Shown here: piece after piece, positions 31,646-45,513 of the stretch | Numbering within the stretch: position 1 is the stretch's first letter | Layout of the letters: every line of letters starts with the position of its first letter | NCBI GenBank assembly: GCA_965237895.1 | Contig: CBDEGR010000002.1 | Coordinates: 710,132 to 774,131, forward strand | Origin: Terriglobia bacterium | GTDB lineage: Bacteria > Acidobacteriota > Terriglobia > UBA7540 > JAPUME01 | Length of the DNA: 64,000 nt | Direction of reading: 5' to 3' | Made by a program: the position numbers and the translations under genes | The notes under the pieces: generated by a model | The model's input: the letters and a program-made list of their open reading frames with translations, nothing else | Told to the model about the DNA's origin: nothing | Databases searched by the model: none

Positions 31646-32293
31646 TCAAAGCCGGACGGAACCGAGCACGCCGCGGATCTCTTCTATTCGTCGGAGAAGC
31701 GAGGGACAGGTTTGGAAAAGCGAGATTCCCGCCACCCCTTGCGCGCCCGCCTCCCGGCATCCTGCGATTCGCTCCACCGTGATCCCGCCGAGCGCGAGAA
31801 CCGGAACCCGAACCTGATTGCAGACCCGCCGTAATCCTTCCAGGCCCAGCATCGTGCCGGAACTCTTTTTTGAGAAAGGTTCGAAAATCGGCCCCAGAAG
31901 GATGTAGTCGGCTTCGGCCTGCTCGGCGGCCTGTGCTTGGTCGAGCGAGTGGCAAGAGACGCCGATGAGGATGCGGCGCCGCCTTTCAGGGCGGAGTCCG
32001 GCGCGGACTGCCGCAGGCGGCGCCGACCGGCCGCCCAAGTGGACCCCGTCGGCGCCGGAAGCCAAAGCGATGTCCAAACGGTCATTGACGAGAATTCGGG
32101 TCGGTCCGGAGGACGAGCTTTCCACCGCAGAGAGGGTTAGCTGGAGGAGTTCGGCCGAGCCCAAGTCCTTTTCCCGTATCTGGATCATCGGCAGCGAAGC
32201 GTCGATGGCTTCCTGAATTTTTGCAAGAAGTGTGCCGGGCGGAAGGCTACTGCGGTCGGTAATGTAGCAGAGGCTGAAAACCCGCTCGTTCAT
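31646..32293 (-). CDS. thiE: thiamine-phosphate synthase
   Basis: From the ATG at 32293: MNERVFSLCYITDR...MIQIREKDL...VNDRLDIALASGADGVHLG...GPIFEP...ALGGI. Confidence 0.88.
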   Translation of the reverse strand: MNERVFSLCYITDRSSLPPGTLLAKIQEAIDASLPMIQIREKDLGSAELLQLTLSAVESSSSGPTRILVNDRLDIALASGADGVHLGGRSAPPAAVRAGLRPERRRRILIGVSCHSLDQAQAAEQAEADYILLGPIFEPFSKKSSGTMLGLEGLRRVCNQVRVPVLALGGITVERIAGCREAGAQGVAGISLFQTCPSLLRRIEEIRGVLGSVRL

Positions 32294-32322
32294 ACCAGAA
32301 TACTCAAGGGTTCTTCCAACCC

Positions 32323-32562
32323 TCAATCTTTTTTAAAATGCCAAATTTCCCAGAATGCCAACGAAAGGTTCAGCCAGCCCAGGCCAGAGACCGCCCCGCG
32401 GACGAAATAATTCATCGCTACCGTGTCGACCCACGAATACTCCTGGACGAAATAGTTTCGGCTCCAGATGGGAAGCCAGGGGAAAAACAGCAGAAGGAAT
32501 CCCAATTGGAAGTAGATGGGGATCGGGAGAAAATCCAGAACCCCTTCTTGCCAAGGGTGCAT
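32323..32562 (-). CDS. small two-TM membrane protein (hypothetical)
   Basis: 79 aa, hydrophobic and Trp/Phe-rich. Lies 30 nt upstream of thiE on the same strand. Confidence 0.45.
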   Translation of the reverse strand: MHPWQEGVLDFLPIPIYFQLGFLLLFFPWLPIWSRNYFVQEYSWVDTVAMNYFVRGAVSGLGWLNLSLAFWEIWHFKKD

Positions 32563-32615
32563 GGGGGAATCGGAACCGGAGGCGTTGGGCTTGGGCGGAG
32601 CGACTGGCGTTGGGG

Positions 32616-33107
32616 CTACAGACCCTTCTTCAACTGCAATGATTGGATCCTTTCGGAGACATCTCGGTAATCGATGTTTTGGCTGTAGACTTCGGTAAAG
32701 TTTTCCAGCGCGGCTTGAAAATCGGAGGCATATTCATAGGCATTGCCCAGGCCGTACTGCAGCGCCATGATCGTTTCCGAATCCAACTGCGGAATCTTCA
32801 ACGCGCGTATGTACCATTTGACGGCCACCGGCGCAATTCCCTTTTCCATAAAACAGAGCGCCAGAATGTGACAACTGTTCAGCAGGTTCGCGTGAATTTC
32901 CGTCTTATTGGTTTTCGTGCTCATTACGACTTTCTGGAATTCGCTGATGGCCTCATCCAGAAGTCCCATCTCCCGAACTTTGAATTCGAACCCAAGCCCA
33001 CCCAGAAGGTCCAAGTGACTGGTGTCAAATGGGTTGCCCTTGTCAACCACCAAAATTTCGTGTTTTCCCGGCTTCCATGGATTAATGCCAACCTGCCTTT
33101 TGTGCAA
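32616..33107 (-). CDS. TPR-repeat protein
   Basis: KVREMGLLDEAISEFQKVV...ALCFMEKGIAPVAVKWYIRALK...GLGNAYEYASDFQAALENFTEVYSQNIDYRDVSERI are TPR helices. GC is lower than in the flanks. Confidence 0.7.
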   Translation of the reverse strand: MHKRQVGINPWKPGKHEILVVDKGNPFDTSHLDLLGGLGFEFKVREMGLLDEAISEFQKVVMSTKTNKTEIHANLLNSCHILALCFMEKGIAPVAVKWYIRALKIPQLDSETIMALQYGLGNAYEYASDFQAALENFTEVYSQNIDYRDVSERIQSLQLKKGL

Positions 33108-33303
33108 TTGTGGGGGTAATAAGTTGGAATGTAAAGAGCCGGGATGGCCTAGGCCTTAATATTTCCCGAATTAGAATCAATATCCATATTTTTATTCCCG
33201 ATTTGGGAATAAGATGGGGACTTAACGCATGCTGAATTCATCAACTTTAGGGACGGTGGAGGAGTATTGGGCATGAATAGGGAAAACGTCGGCAGTCGGT
33301 TCC

Positions 33304-33867
33304 CTAGGTCAGGGCGGGACCGAGAGCCATGACGGCGGCGGCCAATTCGTTGAGTTGTAGCCGGGTGAAATTCGGCCCTACCACATCTCTGGCCGTGGCC
33401 TTACGGCTTACCTGGACTACGCCGCCGACGTCGTCATTGGCCAGCACCGGGCAACTCATAATTTTCCGGATCGGCGCCGGGGGAGTTTCCGACGATAGCG
33501 GGACGGCTTCGAACACGGTGAGGTGCTTATAGGTGGAGAAGTTGTTGACGATCTCTCCACGCCGCTCGCGAACCGTCTTCACCGCCAGAGAACCGGTGGT
33601 GGTGAAGATCGGGATATTTCCTACATTTGCCATTTTTTAGGGGTAGAGGAAAGAAAGGTTTTTTCCGTCCGAGGATACACGGAGCAGAGCGACTTCGTCG
33701 GGCCGAGTGCCGAAGGACTTGCCGATCAGAGACGCGATGTTTTCGATGTCCTGATCGGTCAATTTTCCGCCCGGCTGGTTGGCGGCTTGAATGACGATGC
33801 GGTTCAGGTCTTTGTAAAGCTGACTGTCGGCCATGCTGATTTCCCCCCTGCGAAACGGACGCCGCAT
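33304..33867 (-). pseudogene. GAF-domain protein interrupted by one in-frame TAA
   Basis: The 76-aa and 109-aa ORFs are in the same frame and 2 codons apart: ...KNLSFLYP-TAA-K-MANVGNIPIFTTTGSLAVKTVRERRGEIVNNF.... Together they form a single GAF-like domain. The stop is at 33637-33639. Confidence 0.7.
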
Positions 33868-34211
33868 TATACCGGTAGGCGGGAGAGGGAATCAAATCCC
33901 AGTTTTCCGGTGGTCGGGTTCGCCGAATCTCTTGAATTCCCCGGGAGGCGATGCTAACTTCTTAAGGCTCTGTCCGCGGGAAGGGAATCGGCGGAATCAT
34001 GGAATGACAGCCCCACCCTTCGGTCCCGGCATGCCAACCCAGGCTGTTCCCGCCGGGTTGCCCTCTGTTCCCCCTGCGGGGATGTCTTCTTCGGATGGGC
34101 GCGGAAAAGCGCGGAAAAACAACGTCCGGCAACTGCAGGCTGCCCGCTCGGCGTGAATCGTCGAAGCGGTTTCTTTCCAGGTATGCGGAGTGCCGAATCA
34201 TGAGGTAAGGG

Positions 34212-36944
<2,733 letters not shown>

Positions 36945-37107
36945 GCCGGCCCCCCCATCGAGTCGATAGTTTGATGCGACTTTTATTGTGATCGTGGTCT
37001 CAATCTCCGGTGTCCCCCGGTCTTGGTCCCACAACCTTGCTGGAATAGAATGAAATTCTCAGGACATGCGCGCTTTTTCGTGAGTTCCCCTTGAGGTGTT
37101 CTTGGCA

Positions 37108-38523
37108 ATGAAATCATTCAATGGTGTTGAGGTTCCTTCCGAAGGCGAGACCATCACTTCCAAAGACGGAAAACTTGAAGTTCCACCGAACCCGATCGTT
37201 CCTTTTATCGAAGGCGACGGCACGGGCCGCGACATCTGGAAAGCCTCGCGCCGGGTCTTTGACGCGGCTGTCGAGAAGGCTCTCGGTGGAAAGCGCAAGA
37301 TCGTCTGGTATGAGATCTTCGCCGGGGAGAAGGCGTTCAAGAAGTTCGGCGAGTGGCTCCCGACCGATTCGGTGGAAGCCATCCGGGAATTCCGCGTCGC
37401 CATCAAAGGCCCGCTGACGACGCCCGTGGGCGGCGGCATCCGCAGCCTGAACGTCACGCTGCGCCAAGTGCTGAACCTCTACGCCTGTGTGCGCCCGGTG
37501 AAGTATTACCATGGCGTGCCTTCGCCGGTGAAGGCGCCCGAACGCATGAACGCGGTGATTTTCCGCGAAAATACCGAGGACGTCTACGCCGGAATTGAGT
37601 GGCCCGAAGGGTCTCCCGAGGTGGCCGCGGTCATTGCATTCTTGAATAGTCGTCTCGCTGCCGACGGTTCTACAAAGAAGATCCGCGCGGATTCGGGAAT
37701 CGGCATCAAGCCGATGTCAGTGCTGGGAACCAAACGGCTGGTGCGGAAAGGAATTAAATACGCAATCGAGCGGGGACGGAAGAGCGTCACGCTGGTCCAC
37801 AAAGGCAACATCATGAAGTTCACCGAGGGCGCGTTCCGGGACTGGGGCTATGAGTTGGCGCGGACCGAGTTCCGGAGTGAGATGGTCAGCGAGCGCGAGA
37901 GCTGGATTCTCGGCAATAAAGAGAAGAACCCGAAGCTGAGCGTCGAGGAGAATGCGGCGATGACCGAGCCGGGCTTCGCGCACGGCTCAAAAAAGTATCA
38001 GGAAGGAATCATTGCGGAAGTAAAAGGCTGCTTGGACGCGATCTGGGCCACGCACGGCGACGGCAAGTGGAAGCGGAAGATCATGATCAAGGACCGCATT
38101 GCCGATTCGATGCTCCAGCAGATTCTAACGCGCGCCGACGAGTATGACGTGGTCTGCACGCCGAACCTGAACGGCGACTATCTCTCCGACGCCTGCGCGG
38201 CGCAGGTAGGCGGACTGGGCCTTGCGCCCGGCGCGAATATCGGCGACGAGCACGGGCTGTTCGAGGCGACGCACGGCACCGCGCCCAGGTACGCCGATAA
38301 AGACCTGATCAACCCGAGCGCGGTCATCATGGCCGGCGCGCTGATGTTCGAGTTCCTCGGCTGGGTCGAGGTCCACCACCTGATTGAGAAATCACTGGGC
38401 GAGACGATCAAGCAGCGCCGCGTGACCTATGACCTCGAAAGGTTGATGAAGATGGACGGCGTCCCCGACGTTCAAAAACTCGGCACCGCGGCTTTCGCCG
38501 ACGCCATTATCGGAAATATGTAA
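37108..38523 (+). CDS. icd: NADP-dependent isocitrate dehydrogenase
   Basis: [14 protein letters not shown]...[20 protein letters not shown]...[27 protein letters not shown]. Confidence 0.95.
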   Translation: MKSFNGVEVPSEGETITSKDGKLEVPPNPIVPFIEGDGTGRDIWKASRRVFDAAVEKALGGKRKIVWYEIFAGEKAFKKFGEWLPTDSVEAIREFRVAIKGPLTTPVGGGIRSLNVTLRQVLNLYACVRPVKYYHGVPSPVKAPERMNAVIFRENTEDVYAGIEWPEGSPEVAAVIAFLNSRLAADGSTKKIRADSGIGIKPMSVLGTKRLVRKGIKYAIERGRKSVTLVHKGNIMKFTEGAFRDWGYELARTEFRSEMVSERESWILGNKEKNPKLSVEENAAMTEPGFAHGSKKYQEGIIAEVKGCLDAIWATHGDGKWKRKIMIKDRIADSMLQQILTRADEYDVVCTPNLNGDYLSDACAAQVGGLGLAPGANIGDEHGLFEATHGTAPRYADKDLINPSAVIMAGALMFEFLGWVEVHHLIEKSLGETIKQRRVTYDLERLMKMDGVPDVQKLGTAAFADAIIGNM

Positions 38524-38562
38524 AACATGGACCGCGTCAAAGCCCGTGCGGCTTAGCCCCCT

Positions 38563-40317
38563 ATGGCAGTGGCCGAGGACATGGCAACCAAAGAGCAAGT
38601 CCAAAGTTGGATTCAATGGTCGCGGTACGATCTGCCTCGAACAGGGGACTACCCGAAGATTAACATCGTAGAGATTAACAGGGTGACATGTCCGTGGCAG
38701 GAGGGAATCTCCGACCTTTTCGAGAGGTCTGACAGAAAATCACAAGGCGAATTGCTTACTTTGTTCGAAGATCAGCTTTCTCGCGACCCTGGCGACATCA
38801 GTAGCAGGCTCACAGCGCTGAGTCTACATTACGCATTATCTCATTACGATTCTATCTTAATTGAAGATCTCGTTGAGGAACCACGCGTCGACTTTACCAA
38901 AAACCTTGGTTATTTTGTGCGCTTGCTGCCAGTCGAGGAGTGCGCGGACTGGCCAACCATTTGTTGGGAAATATCCAACACATACGCAATTCTGGATTGG
39001 GATCGCGCATCGAGGCTATATAAGCACCTAGAAGCTCTCGGCTTAAGGGACGCAGTCAAATTACGGGTGCTGCGAGGACAATTTAATTTTCTAGTTGTTT
39101 ATGATTCAGAATTTGATCCCATTGACTGGGAGCCAAAAATCTATGATTCCACAGATGCCGTTCAGGAATTTCTTATTATTTTGTGGGGTCTCACCGAGAA
39201 GGACAAGAAGGAGTCCAATTTACAAGAGGCAGACCGGGACAGGATATATGACGCAGCAAACGATCTTGAGAAGGCGTTGAACAAACGCAGCGACTTGTCA
39301 CCGGCGTACCAGTCTCTGTTAGCGAAGTGCTACTTTGCGAAGCAGGATTTTCATAATGCCGCCAAGAACTACCAGCAACTTCTCACAATCCTCAAGAATC
39401 ACAGCGTATTCGGCCAAAGCTGAGTCGTCTCTATCCTAAAATCACGAGTCTATAGGGCAGTTGCAAGGAGCTACCAGCTCGCAGGCGAAGCAGAAAAAGC
39501 AATCGATGTACTACACCGATATGCCAATGAGTTTCCCAATGAGAGGGGAATTTACGAGCAGTTGGCCAAGGTCCAAGCTCAAGAAGGACAGTCCTTCGCC
39601 GCTTATGACAGCTTGAACAAGGAGTTGGAGCGTAACCCAGCCTTTGATGAGGACTTGGGGATTTCAATGTCATTAGCCTTGGGAAATTTGGCTCGCCAAG
39701 CTGAGCAAATCGCAACAAAGGTGAAGAGCTACCTGAGGTCAAATCCCGTACGCTTTGAGGCGATAGATTCTCTTCTGAAGGTGTATTGGTCTTCGCTCGT
39801 TAATTTGGACAAGCCAGCACGGGAAGACTGGATTGGCGGCAGCCACTTGATGTTGTCTCTACCCGCAGATTCACAACTCCGCAGGGTTCAAGCGGAGGCG
39901 GCAGCGAACATGTTTGCCAAGGCGGTCGAGCTCGAACTCAAGTCAAAGGTGTTCGAGAAATTTCGGGATTACGTCTCACAGCCCCCTGATTTACGTTCAC
40001 TAGCCAAACAGGAGGGTTCTCTTCCTGACTGTAAGCTGTTCTGTCAGTTCCTTTTCAAGAAAATCCCAATTACCCTCGGCCAAATGCACTATGTCCTTAA
40101 GGACTGCGAAAACTCTAAGCGAGGTATATTGATACAATTCAATCGATGGGTTCAAAAAAGGCAATCTCCGCTTCTAAAAAACCTCTGGTTGTTAGGGAAA
40201 ATCTGCGACATTCGCAGACCTGCTGCGCATGAGAGTATTTCGATAGAAGATGCCGAAAGAATGCATGGGTTATGTCGGGGTCTCCTCCAGGAGTTATTGC
40301 CTATGTCCACACCCTAA
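38563..40317 (+). pseudogene. lower-GC TPR protein with a C-terminal HEPN-like (Rx4H) domain. One ~584-codon frame interrupted by a single TGA at 39421-39423
   Basis: ORFs 38563-39423 and 39562-40317 share a frame, and the only stop between them is the TGA. Codons 39424-39561 continue TPR-like helices (VYRAVARSYQLAGEAEKAIDVLHRYANEFPNERGIYEQLAKVQ). The C-terminus has AKAVELELKSKVF and LGKICDIRRPAAHES. Composition is clearly AT-richer than icd and mdh. Confidence 0.65.
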
Positions 40318-40337
40318 AACAAAGTGACAGAGCTTAG

Positions 40338-41291
<954 letters not shown>

Positions 41292-41398
41292 GCGCGCCTG
41301 CTCTTTTCCCGCCGCCCCGCGGAGGAAACGAAACTCCGTTTTACCTTTCAAAAGAGGGCGCCAATTTTCGCGGAAGCGGAGAAGGGAAACGGAGCGGG

Positions 41399-42883
41399 TC
41401 AGTCGATATAGCCAAGAGACCGCAGGACTTCGATATCTTTCTTTTTCATTTTGGTGGGTTTATGTACGTGGCGGTTGGTGGACTCGAACCAGAGTTTTAG
41501 ACCGTTGATACTGCTTTTGTACTGGCCGTTGGGCTTGCCGGCAAAGATGGGTTTCATCTCCTTGCGGTCCAGCCGGAGGTTGTACTCTTCGATCTTGTTT
41601 CGTGCGGGAGTCCAGATGATCTTCCGGTCACTGCGGATGTGGCCTATTTTCAGAGGCAGGTGCTTTTCGGAGGAGGAGTACCAGAGCCAGCGAAGCCACT
41701 TCGGCGCAATTCCGGGCTTTCCCGAAAACGTGACGATGTAGGTATCGCGGGCGGGCGGCGGTGAGCTGTTGAGGTAAGAACGCAGCGACCTTCCTTGCAA
41801 CGGGAAAGGCGGTTTGATTCCCACCAGATCGAGAATCGTCGGCATTACGTCTACCAAAGATACCCTCTCGTTCACGATTTGCCCGGCGGCCACCGCGGGC
41901 GGGTAGGAGAGAATCAACGGTATTTGGGAGATGTATTCGTAGATATGATTTCCGTGGCCGACGTAGCCTTTCTCTCCCAGGCTCTCACCGTGGTCGGCCA
42001 TGACGATCACCACGGTTGAGTCGCGCAGGCCGAGCTTTTCAAGCTCATCGAGCAGAAGACCCACATGGTGGTCGGTATGGGCGATTTCGCTGTCGTAGCT
42101 CCGGATGCGGGTCGCCATCTCCTTATTCAAGGCGGTTGTCTTCAGCGTACCGGAGGGGTTCAGAGGATGATCGGCGTACTTTTCCTTAAGTTCGTAAGGC
42201 GAGTGCGGGTCAAAGAAGTGGACCCAGAGGAAGAACGGGCGCTTCTTTTTCATCCGCGACTTCATCTGCAGCCAATGGATGGCCTTCGGGGTTACATCTT
42301 CGGCCGGGCGGTACGAACTGATCAATTGAAACGTTTTGGTGAATTTCTCGTTATAGACATCAAAGCCGCGGCGCAGATGGGTCAGGCGATCCTTGAGCGG
42401 CCAGGCGCTGACGAAGGCGCCCGTACGGTATCCGTTCCTTTTGAGAATTCGCTGCAGCGGCAGCACGCGGGGGTCGTTGGCCATCGGCTGGCCGTTGACC
42501 CGGGCGCCGGTCTCCTGCGGGTAGCGGCCCGTGAGGAGGCTGGCGTGCGCCGGCCCGGTTTGCGGAACCGTCGTATAGGCGCGGTCGAAGCGGGCCCCTT
42601 GGCTTGCAAACCGATCAATCCGGGGTGAAGTAATTTTATGGTATCCGTAGCAAGAGAGGTGGTTGGCGCGGAGTGTGTCTATGGTGATCAGCAAAACGTT
42701 CGGGCGAAGCACGGGTTGCTTGGCGCCCGAGGTTTTCCTGGCAACAGCCGGTTTCTTGGCCACAGACGCGACCGCCGGCCCGAGGATAACCCCCAACGCC
42801 AACATCAAGAGCAGAAACCGTTCTTTGAAGTTTACTGCTGAATGCATGAGGCAATAAATAGCACTTTTCCACCCTTCAGTCAA
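41399..42883 (-). CDS. secreted sulfatase / alkaline-phosphatase-superfamily hydrolase
   Basis: Signal/TM then NVLLITIDTLRANHLSCYGY...GPAHASLLTGRYP...VVIVMADHGESLGEKGYVGHG. Confidence 0.8.
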   Translation of the reverse strand: MTEGWKSAIYCLMHSAVNFKERFLLLMLALGVILGPAVASVAKKPAVARKTSGAKQPVLRPNVLLITIDTLRANHLSCYGYHKITSPRIDRFASQGARFDRAYTTVPQTGPAHASLLTGRYPQETGARVNGQPMANDPRVLPLQRILKRNGYRTGAFVSAWPLKDRLTHLRRGFDVYNEKFTKTFQLISSYRPAEDVTPKAIHWLQMKSRMKKKRPFFLWVHFFDPHSPYELKEKYADHPLNPSGTLKTTALNKEMATRIRSYDSEIAHTDHHVGLLLDELEKLGLRDSTVVIVMADHGESLGEKGYVGHGNHIYEYISQIPLILSYPPAVAAGQIVNERVSLVDVMPTILDLVGIKPPFPLQGRSLRSYLNSSPPPARDTYIVTFSGKPGIAPKWLRWLWYSSSEKHLPLKIGHIRSDRKIIWTPARNKIEEYNLRLDRKEMKPIFAGKPNGQYKSSINGLKLWFESTNRHVHKPTKMKKKDIEVLRSLGYID

Positions 42884-43417
42884 ACGCCGACTCCATATGG
42901 CGTAGCGAGCTTAGGGGAATTTATCCTAACATTTTCAAGACTCTCTTTCCGTCCTTGAGACGGGGGAAATAAATTTACGGCCGCAAGCGGCAACACCGCC
43001 CGGCCGGCGGACCTACTGCGGTGGCCGCGGCCACTGCCGCCTGCGTCGTATTTGTTTACGACCGTCCCCTTAGAGTCGTCTTCGGTTTATTGGCGGTGGC
43101 GGCCTATGCGGGTCAGGACAGGCTGGGCGGTGGGAACGACAGGTATCGATTCGCCGTTGAGATCATCGGTGCGCTGGCGATGAGTTCTACGGCCGCCGCC
43201 GTCGCCTTTCTTCCTTTCACCCTCTGCGTGCTGGGGTGGCTGGTCGCCCCGCCGAGGGCTTTAAAAGTTCGGCGGCTGGGTTCTGCTTCTTCGGTCCGAG
43301 GAGCTGCCGGACTTGACTTCCAAGTAATCCTACTTCGCCGGAAAAATTTCCCCCGTTCGGGTAAATTATTAGTAAGGTAGTTCGTCGAGCAGGTAAACTT
43401 CACGGGTTCCGGGCTTC

Positions 43418-45325
43418 ATGGATTCCGGGCGATGCGGCGGGGAGCTGTTTGCGCGGTCCGGCCCGACGCGCGGCGGTGATCTCGCCGGAGAAGCGGAGGT
43501 AATCACGGGGATAAATAAAAGAGTGCGTCGGAAATATTACGTTGCCGTACTGAGTCTTGGTGCGGCGCTCGCAGGCGTTGCGAGTCCCGGCCCCGCCGAA
43601 GACTCTTCTTCGCCGGCCCAGCCGGTCTTTCCTCACGCCGCCCCGGGCGCGAAAGTAGGGGAAGTCACTTCCGAGGCCGCAATCATTCATAGTTATCTGT
43701 TAACCCGTTCCCCGGAACCCTTGTTGCAACAACCCTACGTCGAGCGGAAGTACGTAGGGATGCGCGGCGAGGTGGCGGTGGAGTACACCTCATCGGAGGC
43801 GAGTGAATTTGAGAGCCGGAGTTTACCCTTTTCTCCGGAAAATTTTCGCCGTTATCGTGCCGGCCTGCAGAACCGCCGCTTTACTCGGTGGTGGAAGGTT
43901 CCTCAGAATCACACCCTCACTTTAAATTCTCACGACCTGGCCTCAGTGGAGCGTCTGCGGGAAGCGAAGGCCGGCGATTACTCCGTCCGAATCCGCCTTG
44001 AGGGTCTCGAAGCGGCGACCCGATACCGTTTTCGATTGTGGGTGCGGGCGGGGGAGAACGCGCAGGTGCGGTCCGGGGCGGTGCAGGAATTTTCCACGGC
44101 TCCCGCTGCCGACGACCCCGCCGACGTCGGCTTTCTTGCCGTCACCTGTTTTAATTACGGCAAGATGAAGGACGTGCGGGATGGCAAGTGGCCGGTCGAG
44201 GGGTTTCGCCTTTTTCGGGCGATCCTGGACCGGGTCAAGGCCGGAAAGCTTTCCTTCGATTTTGCCGTCTTCAACGGGGACACCGTTTACCTTGACAAGC
44301 AGGGCCGGAACTACCGTAAGGGACGAGCCCGGCAGCCGGACCAGATGCGAGACCGGTATTTCGATTCCTACTTAACGCCTCTCGCCCGCGAATTTTTCGC
44401 TCGTTTCCCGGCCTACTTCCAGAAGGACGACCACGACTGGCGGTTCAACGACGCCGACCCGATCTTCAACCCACGAGCCCATGCCGGGAAAAAGATCGTC
44501 TCCGTCGGCAAGTACTATCGCGGTGAGCCGTCCGGTTGGCTGGGCAAGATGATCTTCGAGGAGATGCATCCGGTCGAGCGCGGCGCGGACCACCCCCCGT
44601 ATCGAACCTTCCGATGGGGGAAGGGCCTTCAGATCTGGATCCTCGAATCGCGCGAATGCCGCCACCCGAACGCGCGCCGGTTGCGGCGGTACGATATTCC
44701 GGGACTCCGGTTGCCGGACGCCTCCACCGGAAACTCTTACCTCTATTATCCGGATTACTGCGGCGAGGCCGGCGTAGAGGACCTGTGGGGTAAAAAGCAG
44801 ATTGCTTGGCTGCTCAGGACCTTGAAGGAGAGCGATGCCTACTTCAAAATAATCGTTTCGCCCACGCCCGTCTTGGGGCCGGACCAGAAGATCTATCCTC
44901 AGTTCGCCGCCAATCCTTTCCGCCGCAAGCAGGATAACCACGTCGTGCGTTTCCGTGAGGAATTCGGCCGGCTCCTTGATGCGCTCGAGCGGGAGAAGTT
45001 GCGGAACGTCTACTTTGTCTCCGGCGACCGTCATTTCATCTGGCACAGCCGCTACCGGCGCACGGAGGGGGACTTTGCGTTGGAGGAGTTCGGCAGCGGC
45101 CCGTTCGCCGACGACATTCACGCTTCCGGGAAGTTGCTCTATAAGGACGAGCAGGGAACCGGCGAAGTGGTGAAAAAGCTCAACAACCCCGGATTTCTTC
45201 ACGTGCAGGTGAAAAACGTTGCCCTCCAGCCCCGCCTGGTGGTCGAATGGTACGCGGTGAAGGATTGGGAAGCGCCGTCGATCCGGCTCTGGGGGCATCG
45301 GTTCGAGGCGCCCTATCTGCCTTAA
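43418..45325 (+). CDS. PhoD-like metallophosphatase (secreted)
   Basis: ...FAVFNGDTVYLD..., ...QKDDHDW..., ...VSGDRHFIWHS... metallophosphatase motifs. The true start is probably downstream, with a signal-like VAVLSLGAALAGVASP near 43540. Confidence 0.75.
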   Translation: MDSGRCGGELFARSGPTRGGDLAGEAEVITGINKRVRRKYYVAVLSLGAALAGVASPGPAEDSSSPAQPVFPHAAPGAKVGEVTSEAAIIHSYLLTRSPEPLLQQPYVERKYVGMRGEVAVEYTSSEASEFESRSLPFSPENFRRYRAGLQNRRFTRWWKVPQNHTLTLNSHDLASVERLREAKAGDYSVRIRLEGLEAATRYRFRLWVRAGENAQVRSGAVQEFSTAPAADDPADVGFLAVTCFNYGKMKDVRDGKWPVEGFRLFRAILDRVKAGKLSFDFAVFNGDTVYLDKQGRNYRKGRARQPDQMRDRYFDSYLTPLAREFFARFPAYFQKDDHDWRFNDADPIFNPRAHAGKKIVSVGKYYRGEPSGWLGKMIFEEMHPVERGADHPPYRTFRWGKGLQIWILESRECRHPNARRLRRYDIPGLRLPDASTGNSYLYYPDYCGEAGVEDLWGKKQIAWLLRTLKESDAYFKIIVSPTPVLGPDQKIYPQFAANPFRRKQDNHVVRFREEFGRLLDALEREKLRNVYFVSGDRHFIWHSRYRRTEGDFALEEFGSGPFADDIHASGKLLYKDEQGTGEVVKKLNNPGFLHVQVKNVALQPRLVVEWYAVKDWEAPSIRLWGHRFEAPYLP

Positions 45326-45513
45326 GTCCGAAGCCCCCGCGGCGGCGGGGCTGGGCAAAAATTCATTGGCACTTTTTTCAATGTTCTGTTACGTTACGTT
45401 TCCTGAACGTTTATGTTGGAAAGTGCGCCGAAAAAAACCTTCCCTTCGAAGTCCAAATCGAAGTTGACGGCCACGACAAGTCGTCCGAACCGGCGCCGGA
45501 GTGATAGGTTCGA

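Noticed and set aside
39421-39423. TGA reassignment (genetic code 4 or 25) or selenocysteine as the explanation for the in-frame TGA codons
   Set aside because: gatA (3271-3273) and the small Cys-rich gene terminate at TGA at the positions expected for complete proteins, so TGA is a normal stop here. I could not fold a SECIS-like hairpin directly downstream of 39423. Local readthrough cannot be excluded.
41292-41345. Weak hairpin CGGAG-N9-CTCCG followed by TTTTA after mdh as a terminator
   Set aside because: The stem is only 5 bp and the U-tract is short. Too weak to report as a feature.
43021-43380. 119-aa plus-strand ORF (and the opposing 96-aa ORF at 43113-43403) in the sulfatase/PhoD intergenic region
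   Set aside because: GTG start, no SD, Ala/Gly-rich low-complexity sequence and two competing frames. There is not enough evidence to call a gene.
45367-45383. TGGCAC motif upstream of pdaD as a sigma-54 promoter
   Set aside because: The -12 element (TTGC) is missing at the correct spacing; the sequence there is TTTTTTCAAT.
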